Source of the DNA: Gammaproteobacteria bacterium
Lineage (GTDB): Bacteria > Pseudomonadota > Gammaproteobacteria > UBA6002
Assembly (NCBI GenBank): GCA_013697705.1
Contig: JACCWJ010000025.1
Coordinates: 42,219-106,218 of the forward strand
Length of the DNA: 64,000 bases
Reading direction: 5' to 3'
Shown here: positions 1 to 9,507 of the stretch, piece after piece
Layout of the letters: each line of letters opens with the position of its first letter
How positions within the stretch are numbered: position 1 is the first letter of the stretch
Notes under the pieces: model-generated
Told to the model about the DNA's origin: nothing
The model's input: the letters and a program-made list of their open reading frames with translations, nothing else
Database searches by the model: none
Program-made: the position numbers and the translations under genes

Positions 1-1
1 T

Positions 2-1927
2 TTGTTACATGATGTTATCGAAGATACAGAAATCGACAAAGCAACTTTGGCTGAAGAATTTGGTCAGCAAGTCGCTGAATTAGTAGATGGAGTGAGTAAG
101 CTTACTCAAATTGAATTTAGAAGTCGGGCAGAAGCCCAAGCTGAGAATTTTCGTAAGATGGTCCTAGCGATGGCAAAAGACATCCGTGTCATCATCGTTA
201 AACTGGCCGATCGTCTCCATAATATGCGTACCTTAGAACCTTTACGGGCTACTAAAAGAAGACGTATTGCTCAAGAGACACTGGATATTTTTGCTCCCAT
301 TGCAAATCGTTTGGGTATGCATAGCTTTTATGTGGAACTCGAAGAGCTCGGTTTTGAGGCCTTATACCCCCACCGGCATGCGGTTTTAAAAGAAGCAGTA
401 CGAAAAGCCCGCGGGAATCGTAAAGAAATTTTAAGCGTTATTTTCGAATCGCTTAAAAACGAAATAGGCATACATCATCTTCCCTATTGTGAAGTCATCG
501 GCCGGGAAAAACATCTCTACAGCATTTATAAAAAAATGCGCAATAAACATCTTTCTTTCAATGAGATTATGGATGTATATGCCTTTCGTATCATTGTCGA
601 TAGTATTGATAATAGTTACAGAGTGTTGGGTGTCGTCCACGGTCTTTATAAGCCTTTAACAGAACGCTTTAAGGATTATATTGCTATTCCCAAAGCAAAT
701 TATTATCAATCTCTTCATACTACTTTATTTGGACCCTATGGTGTGCCAATTGAAATTCAAATACGCACACAAGAAATGGATGAGATGGCTAATTTTGGTA
801 TTGCTGCGCATTGGCTATATAAAACGGGCGAAAAATATTTCAGTAATACGCAGGCAAGAGCGCAGAAATGGGTTAAAAACCTTCTTGAAATGCAACAAAG
901 CACAGGTTCCTCTTTAGAATTTATTGAAAATGTAAAAGTGGATCTATTCCCGGATGAAGTTTACGTTTTTACTCCACACGGCGATATCATGGAGCTTCCT
1001 AACGGATCCACCCCCGTGGATTATGCCTATACAGTGCATACTGACATTGGAAATTCCTGTGTTGCAGCCAAAATTGATCGCCAATTAGCGCCTCTTTCAA
1101 CGCTTCTTTCCAATGGTCAAACGGTAGAAATCATCACCTCACATAATGCTAGGCCCAATCCAGCCTGGATAGATTTTGTCGTAACGGGAAAAGCCAGAAG
1201 TAGTATTAGACATTTTTTGAAAATTCAACAACGCGTTGAATCTATGGCCCTTGGAAAGCAGTTATTAAATAAAGCGTTGGCAGGGATGTCATTATCCATC
1301 AAAAAAATACCAAACGAAATTTGGATGACTTTCTTAAACGAAACCGCATTAACTTCTGTAGATGATTTACTAGAAGAATTGGGATTAGGCAATCGTGTTC
1401 CCTTGCTGGTAGCACATCGATTAGCGGGATCTATTTCTAATCATACCGAAGGTAGTACGTTTACTGAGGCACTGCCGGCTAAGCCTTTATTTATTAAGGG
1501 AACGGAAGGCATGGTTATGAACTTTGCAACCTGTTGTCTTCCAATACCCGGCGATCCTATCGTCGGTTTATTCCAGGCGGGTAAAGGAATTATTGTCCAT
1601 ACAGAACAATGTAAGCGTATTGCTAATTTGAGAAGCCAACCTGAAAAATGCATGCTGGTCCGATGGTCTGCTGAGATTAAGAGTGAATTTCCCGTAATTG
1701 TAGAAGTTGAAGTCCATAATAAACGAGGTTCATTAGCGGCGATGGCGATGTCAATTTCAGATGCAGAAGCAAATATTGATGACATAAGAATTACGGAACG
1801 AGATGGTCATCACTATCTTGTTACTTTTAAATTAATGGTTCAAAATCGAGTCCATCTTGCACATGTGATACGTTTACTCAGAAAGGTAAAACAGGTAGTG
1901 CATATTCGGAGAGGGAAATCACCTTAG
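2..1927 (+). CDS. spoT: Bifunctional (p)ppGpp synthetase/hydrolase SpoT (RelA/SpoT family), 5'-truncated by the window edge
   Basis: The frame is open from base 2. The N-terminal HD hydrolase motif 'HDVIEDT' is present, followed by synthetase-domain conservation and a C-terminal ACT-like region. It sits next to recG, as spoT does in many gammaproteobacteria. Confidence 0.8.
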   Translation: MLHDVIEDTEIDKATLAEEFGQQVAELVDGVSKLTQIEFRSRAEAQAENFRKMVLAMAKDIRVIIVKLADRLHNMRTLEPLRATKRRRIAQETLDIFAPIANRLGMHSFYVELEELGFEALYPHRHAVLKEAVRKARGNRKEILSVIFESLKNEIGIHHLPYCEVIGREKHLYSIYKKMRNKHLSFNEIMDVYAFRIIVDSIDNSYRVLGVVHGLYKPLTERFKDYIAIPKANYYQSLHTTLFGPYGVPIEIQIRTQEMDEMANFGIAAHWLYKTGEKYFSNTQARAQKWVKNLLEMQQSTGSSLEFIENVKVDLFPDEVYVFTPHGDIMELPNGSTPVDYAYTVHTDIGNSCVAAKIDRQLAPLSTLLSNGQTVEIITSHNARPNPAWIDFVVTGKARSSIRHFLKIQQRVESMALGKQLLNKALAGMSLSIKKIPNEIWMTFLNETALTSVDDLLEELGLGNRVPLLVAHRLAGSISNHTEGSTFTEALPAKPLFIKGTEGMVMNFATCCLPIPGDPIVGLFQAGKGIIVHTEQCKRIANLRSQPEKCMLVRWSAEIKSEFPVIVEVEVHNKRGSLAAMAMSISDAEANIDDIRITERDGHHYLVTFKLMVQNRVHLAHVIRLLRKVKQVVHIRRGKSP

Positions 1928-1947
1928 ATCTTTTTGTGGAGAATTAA

Positions 1948-2331
1948 ATGAAGCAAATTATACGGACACATCTTGCGCCTAAAGTTATAGGGACTTATTC
2001 CCAGGCAGTTAAAGCAGGCAACACAGTTTATATTTCTGGCCAAATTCCTTTGGTTACGGAGACAATGGAGCTTATTTCCACTGATATCCGCGATCAAATT
2101 AAACAAGTTTTTGAAAACCTCTCGCAAATTACAGAAGCTGCTGGAGGTAATTTAAGTGAAATAGTTCGCCTAACTATTTATCTTACTGATATCACTCATT
2201 TCCAAAGTGTTAATGAAATTATGTCAGAGTATTTTGAGGAACCTTACCCTGCGCGAGTATTAATTGGTGTGGCTGCATTACCAAAGCAATCACAGGTAGA
2301 AGTTGACGCCATAATGGTTTTGAGTGATTAA
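1948..2331 (+). CDS. ridA: RidA/YjgF/TdcF family reactive-intermediate (enamine/imine) deaminase
   Basis: 127 aa. 'GTYSQAVKAGNTVYISGQIPL' is a typical YjgF-family N-terminus and the C-terminus is conserved. A GGAG ribosome-binding site lies 8 nt upstream. Confidence 0.75.
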   Translation: MKQIIRTHLAPKVIGTYSQAVKAGNTVYISGQIPLVTETMELISTDIRDQIKQVFENLSQITEAAGGNLSEIVRLTIYLTDITHFQSVNEIMSEYFEEPYPARVLIGVAALPKQSQVEVDAIMVLSD

Positions 2332-4423
2332 TCAAGATCGGCCTTCTCTAAATAGCCTTCATTGTATTGAACTCAAAGGGGTCGGGCCTAAAATTGCTGA
2401 GCATTTAAAACGTCTCGGCATTGTTACGGTTCAAGATTTACTTTTTCATTTACCACTTCGATACGAAGATAGGACCCACTTTAAACCTCTTGCTCATTTA
2501 AAGCCCGGTGATCATGTTCAAGTGGAAGGAACAATAGCTCATGTGGTCATTAAAGAGGGGCGGCGAAAAAGCCTGGTAGTAAGAATAGAGGAAGAATCAG
2601 CCTATCTTTTATTACGGTTTTTTCATTTTAATACAGCCCAATATAATTTGATAAATAGACCAGGTCAGCGTGTTCATTGTTATGGCGAAGTAAAATGGAA
2701 CGCGCAGGGCTATGAAATGATTCATCCTGAATATTATTTTGTAAAAGAAGATCAACCGCTTACTACTAGTAATACTCTTACTGCAATTTATCCAACAACT
2801 GAAGGCCTTCATCAATACAGCTTGCGTCGTTTGACAGATCAAGCATTGTTGTTGCTTGAGAAGGGTGGAGAATTGAGTGAGCATCTTCCAGTGGCTATTT
2901 TGGAAGAGTTAGCATTGCCTGGATTAACTAAAGCGGTTCACACAATACATAGACCGCCTTCGGATACCCCTCAAGAAACGCTGCATCAAGGTTTGCATCC
3001 CGCCCAGCAAAGGTTGGTTTTTGAAGAGCTTCTAGCGCATCAATTAAGTTTAGCCAGAATTAGAATGCGCACGCGAAGCTTACAGGCACCGAAAATTACT
3101 ACGCAATCTACCTTGCCCGACCAATTTTTGATGCAACTACCTTTCCAGTTAACCCATGCTCAAAAAAGAGTCATCCACGAAATAGTTCAAGATCTGCAAA
3201 GTGGTTCACCCATGTTGCGTTTAGTGCAAGGAGACGTAGGATCAGGTAAAACGGTAGTCGCTGCAGCGGGGGCGTTATATTTAATTAGCGCTGGTTTTCA
3301 AGTCGCGATAATGGCCCCTACTGAATTATTAGCTGAACAGCATTACAAGAATTTTTTATCGTGGTTCAATCCTCTTGAAATTAATGTTGCCTGGTTGACC
3401 AGCGCAATTAAAGGGAAAAAAAGGGATGAAATCGCGGAAAATTTACTGGGCGGTCAACTACAAATAGTGATTGGCACGCATGCATTATTTCAAAAAGAAA
3501 TCCTTTTTAAGAACTTGGGGCTCATCATTATTGATGAGCAGCACCGATTTGGTGTGCATCAGCGTTTAGCGCTTTTAAATAAGGGAATGTGGGGGGATTA
3601 TCATCCTCATCAGTTGATTATGTCTGCGACACCTATTCCCCGAACCTTGGCTATGACAGCGTATGCCGACCTAGACTGCTCTACAATTGATGAGTTACCT
3701 CCAGGAAGAACGCCTATTAAAACAGTCGTATTACCAAATTCCAAACGTCAAGAGCTCATTCATAGAATAAAGGATAATTGTCTCGCTGGGGCTCAAGCCT
3801 ATTGGGTTTGTACATTGATTGAGGAATCAGAAATTCTAGAATGCCAAGCGGCTGAAGAAATCACAAAAGAATTAACTGCTTGCTTGCCCGAACTTCGAAT
3901 TGGGCTGGTTCATGGGCGAATGAAGTCAAAGGAAAAAGAGCAGATTATGTTTGCCTTTAACAATAGGACGATTGATCTATTGGTGGCAACTACCGTAATA
4001 GAAGTAGGAGTAGATGTACCTAACGCAAGTTTAATGGTTATCGAAAATGCAGAGCGCCTAGGTCTTGCGCAACTTCACCAATTGAGGGGGCGTGTTGGAA
4101 GGGGCTCTATTGAAAGTCATTGTGTTTTGCTGTATCAACCGCCGTTGTCTCGTCTTGCCAGTGAGCGGTTATCAGTACTGCGTAGTTATAGTGATGGGTT
4201 TATTATTGCGCAGAAAGATCTGGAGCTTCGGGGGCCTGGCGAAGTATTAGGAACCCGCCAAACTGGGTTGATTCAATTTAAAATTGCAGATTTAACACGA
4301 GATCAACATTTATTACAGAATGTGCAGAGAGTATCTGAGGTTTTGCTGCATCAATTTCCTGAAAATGCGGACTTAATTGTTCAACGCTGGTTGGCAGACA
4401 ATCACCTGTTGAGTGAAGTTTAA
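2324..4423 (+). CDS. recG: ATP-dependent DNA helicase RecG
   Basis: The wedge-domain signature 'LLFHLPLRYEDRT' is present. Walker A is 'GDVGSGKT' and the DEQH box is 'IIDEQHRFG'. Size is 699 aa. A GTG start overlaps the ridA stop by 8 nt. Confidence 0.9.
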   Translation: MINQDRPSLNSLHCIELKGVGPKIAEHLKRLGIVTVQDLLFHLPLRYEDRTHFKPLAHLKPGDHVQVEGTIAHVVIKEGRRKSLVVRIEEESAYLLLRFFHFNTAQYNLINRPGQRVHCYGEVKWNAQGYEMIHPEYYFVKEDQPLTTSNTLTAIYPTTEGLHQYSLRRLTDQALLLLEKGGELSEHLPVAILEELALPGLTKAVHTIHRPPSDTPQETLHQGLHPAQQRLVFEELLAHQLSLARIRMRTRSLQAPKITTQSTLPDQFLMQLPFQLTHAQKRVIHEIVQDLQSGSPMLRLVQGDVGSGKTVVAAAGALYLISAGFQVAIMAPTELLAEQHYKNFLSWFNPLEINVAWLTSAIKGKKRDEIAENLLGGQLQIVIGTHALFQKEILFKNLGLIIIDEQHRFGVHQRLALLNKGMWGDYHPHQLIMSATPIPRTLAMTAYADLDCSTIDELPPGRTPIKTVVLPNSKRQELIHRIKDNCLAGAQAYWVCTLIEESEILECQAAEEITKELTACLPELRIGLVHGRMKSKEKEQIMFAFNNRTIDLLVATTVIEVGVDVPNASLMVIENAERLGLAQLHQLRGRVGRGSIESHCVLLYQPPLSRLASERLSVLRSYSDGFIIAQKDLELRGPGEVLGTRQTGLIQFKIADLTRDQHLLQNVQRVSEVLLHQFPENADLIVQRWLADNHLLSEV

Positions 4424-4552
4424 GTAAAGAAGGCGCTGCAGATTGTTACAAACCCTTTATTTTACAAGAGGTACATGCTTGTGTAAAATAAGCTAATCAT
4501 TATCTAGCTGCATTATTCATATTTTTGCCACTCACATGATAAAAGGACTGTC

Positions 4553-6280
4553 GTGCTTTCACAGTGGATAAAAAGCCTCAAAATTATTTCCTGGTTAAAA
4601 TCAGCGTTGGTTTTTATTAATAATCAATTCTACCATTGGTTTAGTCCTATCCCACGTTATGAGCAAGAGCTCACCACTTTATTAACTCCACGGGCCGAAG
4701 CATTTAGCTTATACAAACAATTTATAGAAGGCGATGCGCAGCAAAAACAATGTGCTTTAAGCACCTTAACTAAAGCAGCGTTGGACAAAAAATCCCCTAA
4801 AGGTGTTTGGGCCAGTAAAATTTTGAGTTATATATACAGTAAAGGATTTGACGATCAATACATCTCTATTTTGCCACAAAAGGTTCTTGCTGACCAATAT
4901 GTGCAACAATCAGCGCAAAGCATTCAAACCTTTGAGAATCGGTTGCGTAAAATAGTGACGAAACTAAATACAGTATGGTTTTTCAAAAAGAAAGCATTGG
5001 CATTAGTCGAGTGGATCACTACTAAAGATAAAGAGTCTGGGATAACGAATGCAAAGGTTAAAGGCCAGGCTCAAACCTCTTATTCAGGAATTATGGCAAA
5101 TAATAATTCCCCTATTCTCAAAAAACCGATGCATGTTCTAAATACTACTTTTAGTGCGCATGTTCCCCCTCCCTTAGATAAAAATAAGCGTAATACCGAA
5201 ACCAAGTTGCAACAAGCAATGATTTGGTTTAATGAAGATATGTTTAATGAAGATATTAAGAAAATCTCTCTGATAGAAGAAATATTTAAAGAAGTGACTG
5301 CAAAAAAAAATAATAATACCCTATCTCAAGCACAGCTAGCTCTGTATGAACAATTATCATTAAAGTTGGCAAAGTATTATGAGAAGCTTTTTTTAAAAAC
5401 TCCTTCTTCTTATAATTTCAATTTGGATGCAGAGGCCAAATCATATCTAGAAAATGCTCTATTCTATTTTCGGCAAATTTCAAGCTGTCACGAAAATTAT
5501 GCTATAATTCAATTCAAAATAGTTCACTATTATAAATATTTTTTATCTGATTCGGCACAAGAAAAAGTTGCGCTCGAAGCTTTATGTGACATCGGTGATA
5601 GCGATAGCGCATATAAACTCGTGATGAATGATTTTAATAAATTTTGGTATCATTATGTCAATCAAAAATTATCCGCCGAAGAAAAAGAGATTGTAAGGAA
5701 TTATGAATCGGATCCAAATCATCGTAGTTTTCTTGATCAAGTAAAAATATCGCCGCGGCAAGATTTTGGTTCACTTCAACTCACAGCGTTAGCTATCTTA
5801 AAAAAATTAGTGGCTGAGCTTAAAGATTTTAGTCACAACCTGCCCGCATCATCAAGTTTAAGAAGTGATGTAGAAGAGTTAATGGCGAGTGTTATTAGTT
5901 TTGAAAAAACACCAGCTTATAGTCCTACGATGGGTGCTGATATTAAAAATGCTTTAAATTTAATGAGAACATTCAATCCCCAAATGAAGCAAAATCTTGA
6001 GGCTTTTTGGGCGAGTAAAGTATCAGAATTTAGCGTGACTAAACCAGAAGACTTGGTGGCAACAAGTAAAGTTTCATTAGCAGGATATTTAAATTTTATT
6101 GAAGTGATTAAAAATCATTCAGGTGTAAATGCTAATGATTATTTCAAAATTTTCAAACAAGCTTACTTCGAGCTTCTTGCAAAAGTATGTAAAGAAACTA
6201 TGTCAAAGGAAATGGAAAATAGTGGACTTACAGAGGTGAATCAATCTTTGAATGAGAGAGGAGTAGACATTCATGCCTAA
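4553..6280 (+). CDS. Hypothetical protein (575 aa, K/N-rich, predicted helical; Dot/Icm effector candidate)
   Basis: Long ORF with a GTG start and an AAGGA ribosome-binding site. I recognise no domain. It appears AT-richer than the flanking housekeeping genes. The C-terminal 25 aa is rich in E/S/T/N. Confidence 0.5.
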   Translation: MLSQWIKSLKIISWLKSALVFINNQFYHWFSPIPRYEQELTTLLTPRAEAFSLYKQFIEGDAQQKQCALSTLTKAALDKKSPKGVWASKILSYIYSKGFDDQYISILPQKVLADQYVQQSAQSIQTFENRLRKIVTKLNTVWFFKKKALALVEWITTKDKESGITNAKVKGQAQTSYSGIMANNNSPILKKPMHVLNTTFSAHVPPPLDKNKRNTETKLQQAMIWFNEDMFNEDIKKISLIEEIFKEVTAKKNNNTLSQAQLALYEQLSLKLAKYYEKLFLKTPSSYNFNLDAEAKSYLENALFYFRQISSCHENYAIIQFKIVHYYKYFLSDSAQEKVALEALCDIGDSDSAYKLVMNDFNKFWYHYVNQKLSAEEKEIVRNYESDPNHRSFLDQVKISPRQDFGSLQLTALAILKKLVAELKDFSHNLPASSSLRSDVEELMASVISFEKTPAYSPTMGADIKNALNLMRTFNPQMKQNLEAFWASKVSEFSVTKPEDLVATSKVSLAGYLNFIEVIKNHSGVNANDYFKIFKQAYFELLAKVCKETMSKEMENSGLTEVNQSLNERGVDIHA

Positions 6281-7343
6281 TGAAGTAAGTGACTATTTTC
6301 AACACTTGTTAAGTGATACCGACGTAAAGAAAGGAAAGATGCACCAAATTAAGATCACCAGATCGATGGATCCTCTGCCTGTCGCGAAGGTGCAGAACAA
6401 AGTTTTTCTGACACAACTTAGTAAATTTATTGTTGAAAACCAATCTTTATATAAGAAAAACTCACCCTTGTTATATCAAGAAGATATTAATTTTTCTATT
6501 AAAATACTTCGGCTTGCATATGATAATTTCACTGCCGGATTGGAATCCGAGCATCAGCTTTATTTGCATTGTTTGGAGGTCAAAAGATTATTTTCAGCGG
6601 GATTATATATTTTTCATTATGGTTTTGGAGGTGAGTACTCTCGAATTCTGGATCAAGTAAAACCTCTCGGATTAAATAAAGTTTCATGCTTGGATATGTG
6701 TTTAAATGAGTTATTAGAAGCAAATGCGAAGAAGGTTATTAAAGAACAACGTCAATCAGTAAAAGTTGAGTTTCTTAGAAGCTTGGAGCCCCCTTCGCCG
6801 ATAGCTGAGGTAATAGAGTTGGTAGAAAATATTTTACGCACTATTGATCCCTCCCAAATGAATGCCCTCTCTGAAATTAATCAAGAAAAAATAGAGACTT
6901 TAAAAAAACTTATTAAGGAAGGCAACATCCAGTATGCCGAGCAATTAAAAATAAGTCCAGCTGACAAAATTTTAGAAAAAAAACTGCAAGCATCACAAGA
7001 AGAGCACCTTCTTAATGAGGTAATAGAAAAAGCGCTAAAACATTTCTCAAATCGCCTGACAGAGACTATTTCAGAGATTAATAGCCACCAAAAAACGATG
7101 GAAGAGACGATTAAAATCTTAGTGGAAGCTTTGATGAAGCATGAGCTTGCTGCTGCCAGTCCGCAAAATTCTCCATTTAACAACAGGTCTAACAAAGGTA
7201 GAAGTTCTGCATCGTTACTGCTTAGTGTTAAACCTGTAGTGACAGCCTCTTCACCAAACCCTAAAAAAACAAAGGCTTTGCTTGTCGCAACTCAGAGCGA
7301 GGATAACTCCCCCTCCTATTTAACAATGACTAAAAACAATTAA
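6273..7343 (+). CDS. Hypothetical protein (356 aa, coiled-coil-like; Dot/Icm effector candidate)
   Basis: Its ATG overlaps the upstream ORF's stop by 8 nt, implying translational coupling. I recognise no domain. The C-terminus is S/T/N/P-rich with E/D at positions -13 and -12. Confidence 0.5.
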   Translation: MPNEVSDYFQHLLSDTDVKKGKMHQIKITRSMDPLPVAKVQNKVFLTQLSKFIVENQSLYKKNSPLLYQEDINFSIKILRLAYDNFTAGLESEHQLYLHCLEVKRLFSAGLYIFHYGFGGEYSRILDQVKPLGLNKVSCLDMCLNELLEANAKKVIKEQRQSVKVEFLRSLEPPSPIAEVIELVENILRTIDPSQMNALSEINQEKIETLKKLIKEGNIQYAEQLKISPADKILEKKLQASQEEHLLNEVIEKALKHFSNRLTETISEINSHQKTMEETIKILVEALMKHELAAASPQNSPFNNRSNKGRSSASLLLSVKPVVTASSPNPKKTKALLVATQSEDNSPSYLTMTKNN

Positions 7344-7466
7344 TAATGGATGAAAAATAGCCATAGTAATTTTTATTGTCAGTCATGTTTTTAGTCAGTA
7401 CACTCCAGTTCGTCATCACGGACCGCGCTTACAGGAGTTAGGAAAAACAAATAATAAGAGGTTTCT

Positions 7467-8048
7467 ATGAAGAAAAAATTTTTATTAACGAGTATTCTTG
7501 CTCTTCTGATCAGCCAAGCTGCTTTCTCTAATGGCCGCCCCTTTTATGTCGGAGCTCAGCTCGGGGGGTGCGATCTTCACTATGATCGGTCTGAATTAAG
7601 CCAAGATGCTATAGCCGTTGATGATAGGGGCTTTGCAGGGCGTCTTCTCGCAGGTTTTAATATAAATCAAAATCTTGCGCTAGAAATGGGCTACACAAAG
7701 TACTCCAATCCAGAGTTTTCATACTTAGGTAATGTCAAAAGCAACTTTAGCCAAGAATCTTTAGATTTTTTAGGTAAATTTTCCTTACCTATCTCCTGCA
7801 ATCTAAGCGTTTATGCTACAGCCGGTATGGCCTTTGTGCAAAGAGATGACGCCGAAGTGGTTTCTCGCAATGTAACCATAAAAATCAACGAAGCCGATGA
7901 TCATCTGCGGCCAATGCTAGGTCTAGGGGTGAGTTATGGATTTAATTCTCGAGTCTCTGGCGAAATTGGCTATTTTCGAACCTTTGGTACAGATGATTTA
8001 GAAGATGCAGATTTTTATGGAGCAGGTTTTACCTTCAGAATTGGGTAA
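7467..8048 (+). CDS. Outer-membrane beta-barrel protein (OmpA-like/opacity-porin family)
   Basis: Signal peptide 'MKKKFLLTSILALLISQAAFS'. Alternating amphipathic beta-strand pattern with Gly- and aromatic-rich strands. C-terminus is 'GAGFTFRIG'. AAGAGG ribosome-binding site. Confidence 0.55.
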   Translation: MKKKFLLTSILALLISQAAFSNGRPFYVGAQLGGCDLHYDRSELSQDAIAVDDRGFAGRLLAGFNINQNLALEMGYTKYSNPEFSYLGNVKSNFSQESLDFLGKFSLPISCNLSVYATAGMAFVQRDDAEVVSRNVTIKINEADDHLRPMLGLGVSYGFNSRVSGEIGYFRTFGTDDLEDADFYGAGFTFRIG

Positions 8049-8219
8049 TCTCAACCTTTGCTAATTCTTGAATTCATTTATTAACAGCCGTCCTCTCACG
8101 CCCTGGGTTGTGGGGGGACAGTTGTTTCAAAGTATCAGAGTGGAGAGTTTGCTTGCGAAGCACCACTAGCTTTGGTAACGTTTAGCAGGATCCCAAGTTT
8201 ATTGTTCTAGGAGCAATTT

Positions 8220-8438
8220 ATGGCCTGTAATAAAAAACAAGCATGTACAGCTGTTCACTATGAAGTAACGCAAAACGATTTACCTCTGTCTTGCCCCATG
8301 CCAAGTATGCGTCTTTGGGACGCGCATCCTAGAGTATTTTTACCTATTGCCGAAACCGGTCACGCAGTTTGTCCTTACTGCAGCACAGAATATTTTTTAA
8401 AAGATTATGAAAAACGTAGAAAAATGGTCGAAGCTTAG
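8220..8438 (+). CDS. Small zinc-ribbon protein (Cys-pair motifs), first gene of the LPS-core operon
   Basis: 72 aa with 'CNKKQAC', 'CPMPS' and 'CPYC' cysteine pairs. It overlaps the waaF ORF start. Product identity is unknown. Confidence 0.4.
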   Translation: MACNKKQACTAVHYEVTQNDLPLSCPMPSMRLWDAHPRVFLPIAETGHAVCPYCSTEYFLKDYEKRRKMVEA

Positions 8439-9507
8439 TTTTTTGCAAAAGGAAGAAAATTCCTCCTTATCTCCTAAAGCGATCCTCATTATTGGACCGG
8501 CCTGGATAGGGGATATGGTAATGGCTCAAACTCTCTTCAAAGTATTAAAGTATCGCTATCCCCATATTTCGATTGATGTTTTAGCCCCTTCCTGGACGGT
8601 GCCCTTAGTCCAGCGTATGCCGGAAGTGCGTGAAAGTATTCTTTTTCCGTTTGGTCATGGAGAACTGCATCTCTTCAAACGGTATAAGTTTGCCCGTACC
8701 CTTCGCAATAAAAATTATGATCAAGCAATTATACTGCCAGGTTCTTTCAAAGCAGCTTTAATACCGTTCTGGGCTCAAATTCCGCTTCGAACAGGGTGGT
8801 TGGGAGAGTGGCGTACCCCGTTAATCAATGATGTTCGACTCAATAGGGATAAACCACCGCTATTGATTCAACAGTTTTCTTCGCTTGCCTATAATAAAAA
8901 AGAAAAATTTACTTTGTCCCTCGACGATTACTACCCAAAATTGGAAGTTAATGAACAGCGACAAAAGGACTTAGTAGAATCTTTACAATTGTCTACGAGT
9001 TCGCCTGTTTTAGCGCTTTCACCGGGGGCCGAATACGGTCCAGCCAAGCGTTGGCCAATAGAGTCGTTCTCACAAGTGGCAAATGAAATGATTTCTTGCG
9101 GCTGGCAAGTATGGATTTTTGGTTCAAAAAAGGAATCCCCACTGGCTCAGTCCATCATGCAAGCTACCCAAGGCAAATGTGTCGATCTCACAGGAAAAAC
9201 CACTTTAATTGAAGCAGTAGATTTGATGTCTATAGCGCAAGCTGCTATTACTAATGACTCAGGTTTGATGCATATCGCAGCTGCTCTGGATCTCCCTTTA
9301 ATTGTCTTGTATGGTTCTTCCTCTCCTAGATTCACTCCTCCGCTTTCAAAACACGTAAAAGTAATTAATTTAGAATTAGGATGTAGCCCTTGTTTTAAAC
9401 GAACATGTCCCTTGGGACATTTTGATTGTATGAAAAAAATATCGCCTGAATTAGTACTTTCTAACCTCAAAAGCTTAGTTGCATATGACTCGCATATTGA
9501 TAGTTAA
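8407..9507 (+). CDS. waaF: ADP-heptose:LPS heptosyltransferase II (GT9)
   Basis: 'ILIIGPAWIGDMVMAQTLFKVLK' matches the WaaF N-terminal signature (MKILVIGPSWVGDMMM in E. coli). The C-terminal 'NDSGLMHIAAALDLPLIVLYG' GT9 motif is present. The true start may lie downstream of 8407. Confidence 0.85.
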   Translation: MKNVEKWSKLSFLQKEENSSLSPKAILIIGPAWIGDMVMAQTLFKVLKYRYPHISIDVLAPSWTVPLVQRMPEVRESILFPFGHGELHLFKRYKFARTLRNKNYDQAIILPGSFKAALIPFWAQIPLRTGWLGEWRTPLINDVRLNRDKPPLLIQQFSSLAYNKKEKFTLSLDDYYPKLEVNEQRQKDLVESLQLSTSSPVLALSPGAEYGPAKRWPIESFSQVANEMISCGWQVWIFGSKKESPLAQSIMQATQGKCVDLTGKTTLIEAVDLMSIAQAAITNDSGLMHIAAALDLPLIVLYGSSSPRFTPPLSKHVKVINLELGCSPCFKRTCPLGHFDCMKKISPELVLSNLKSLVAYDSHIDS

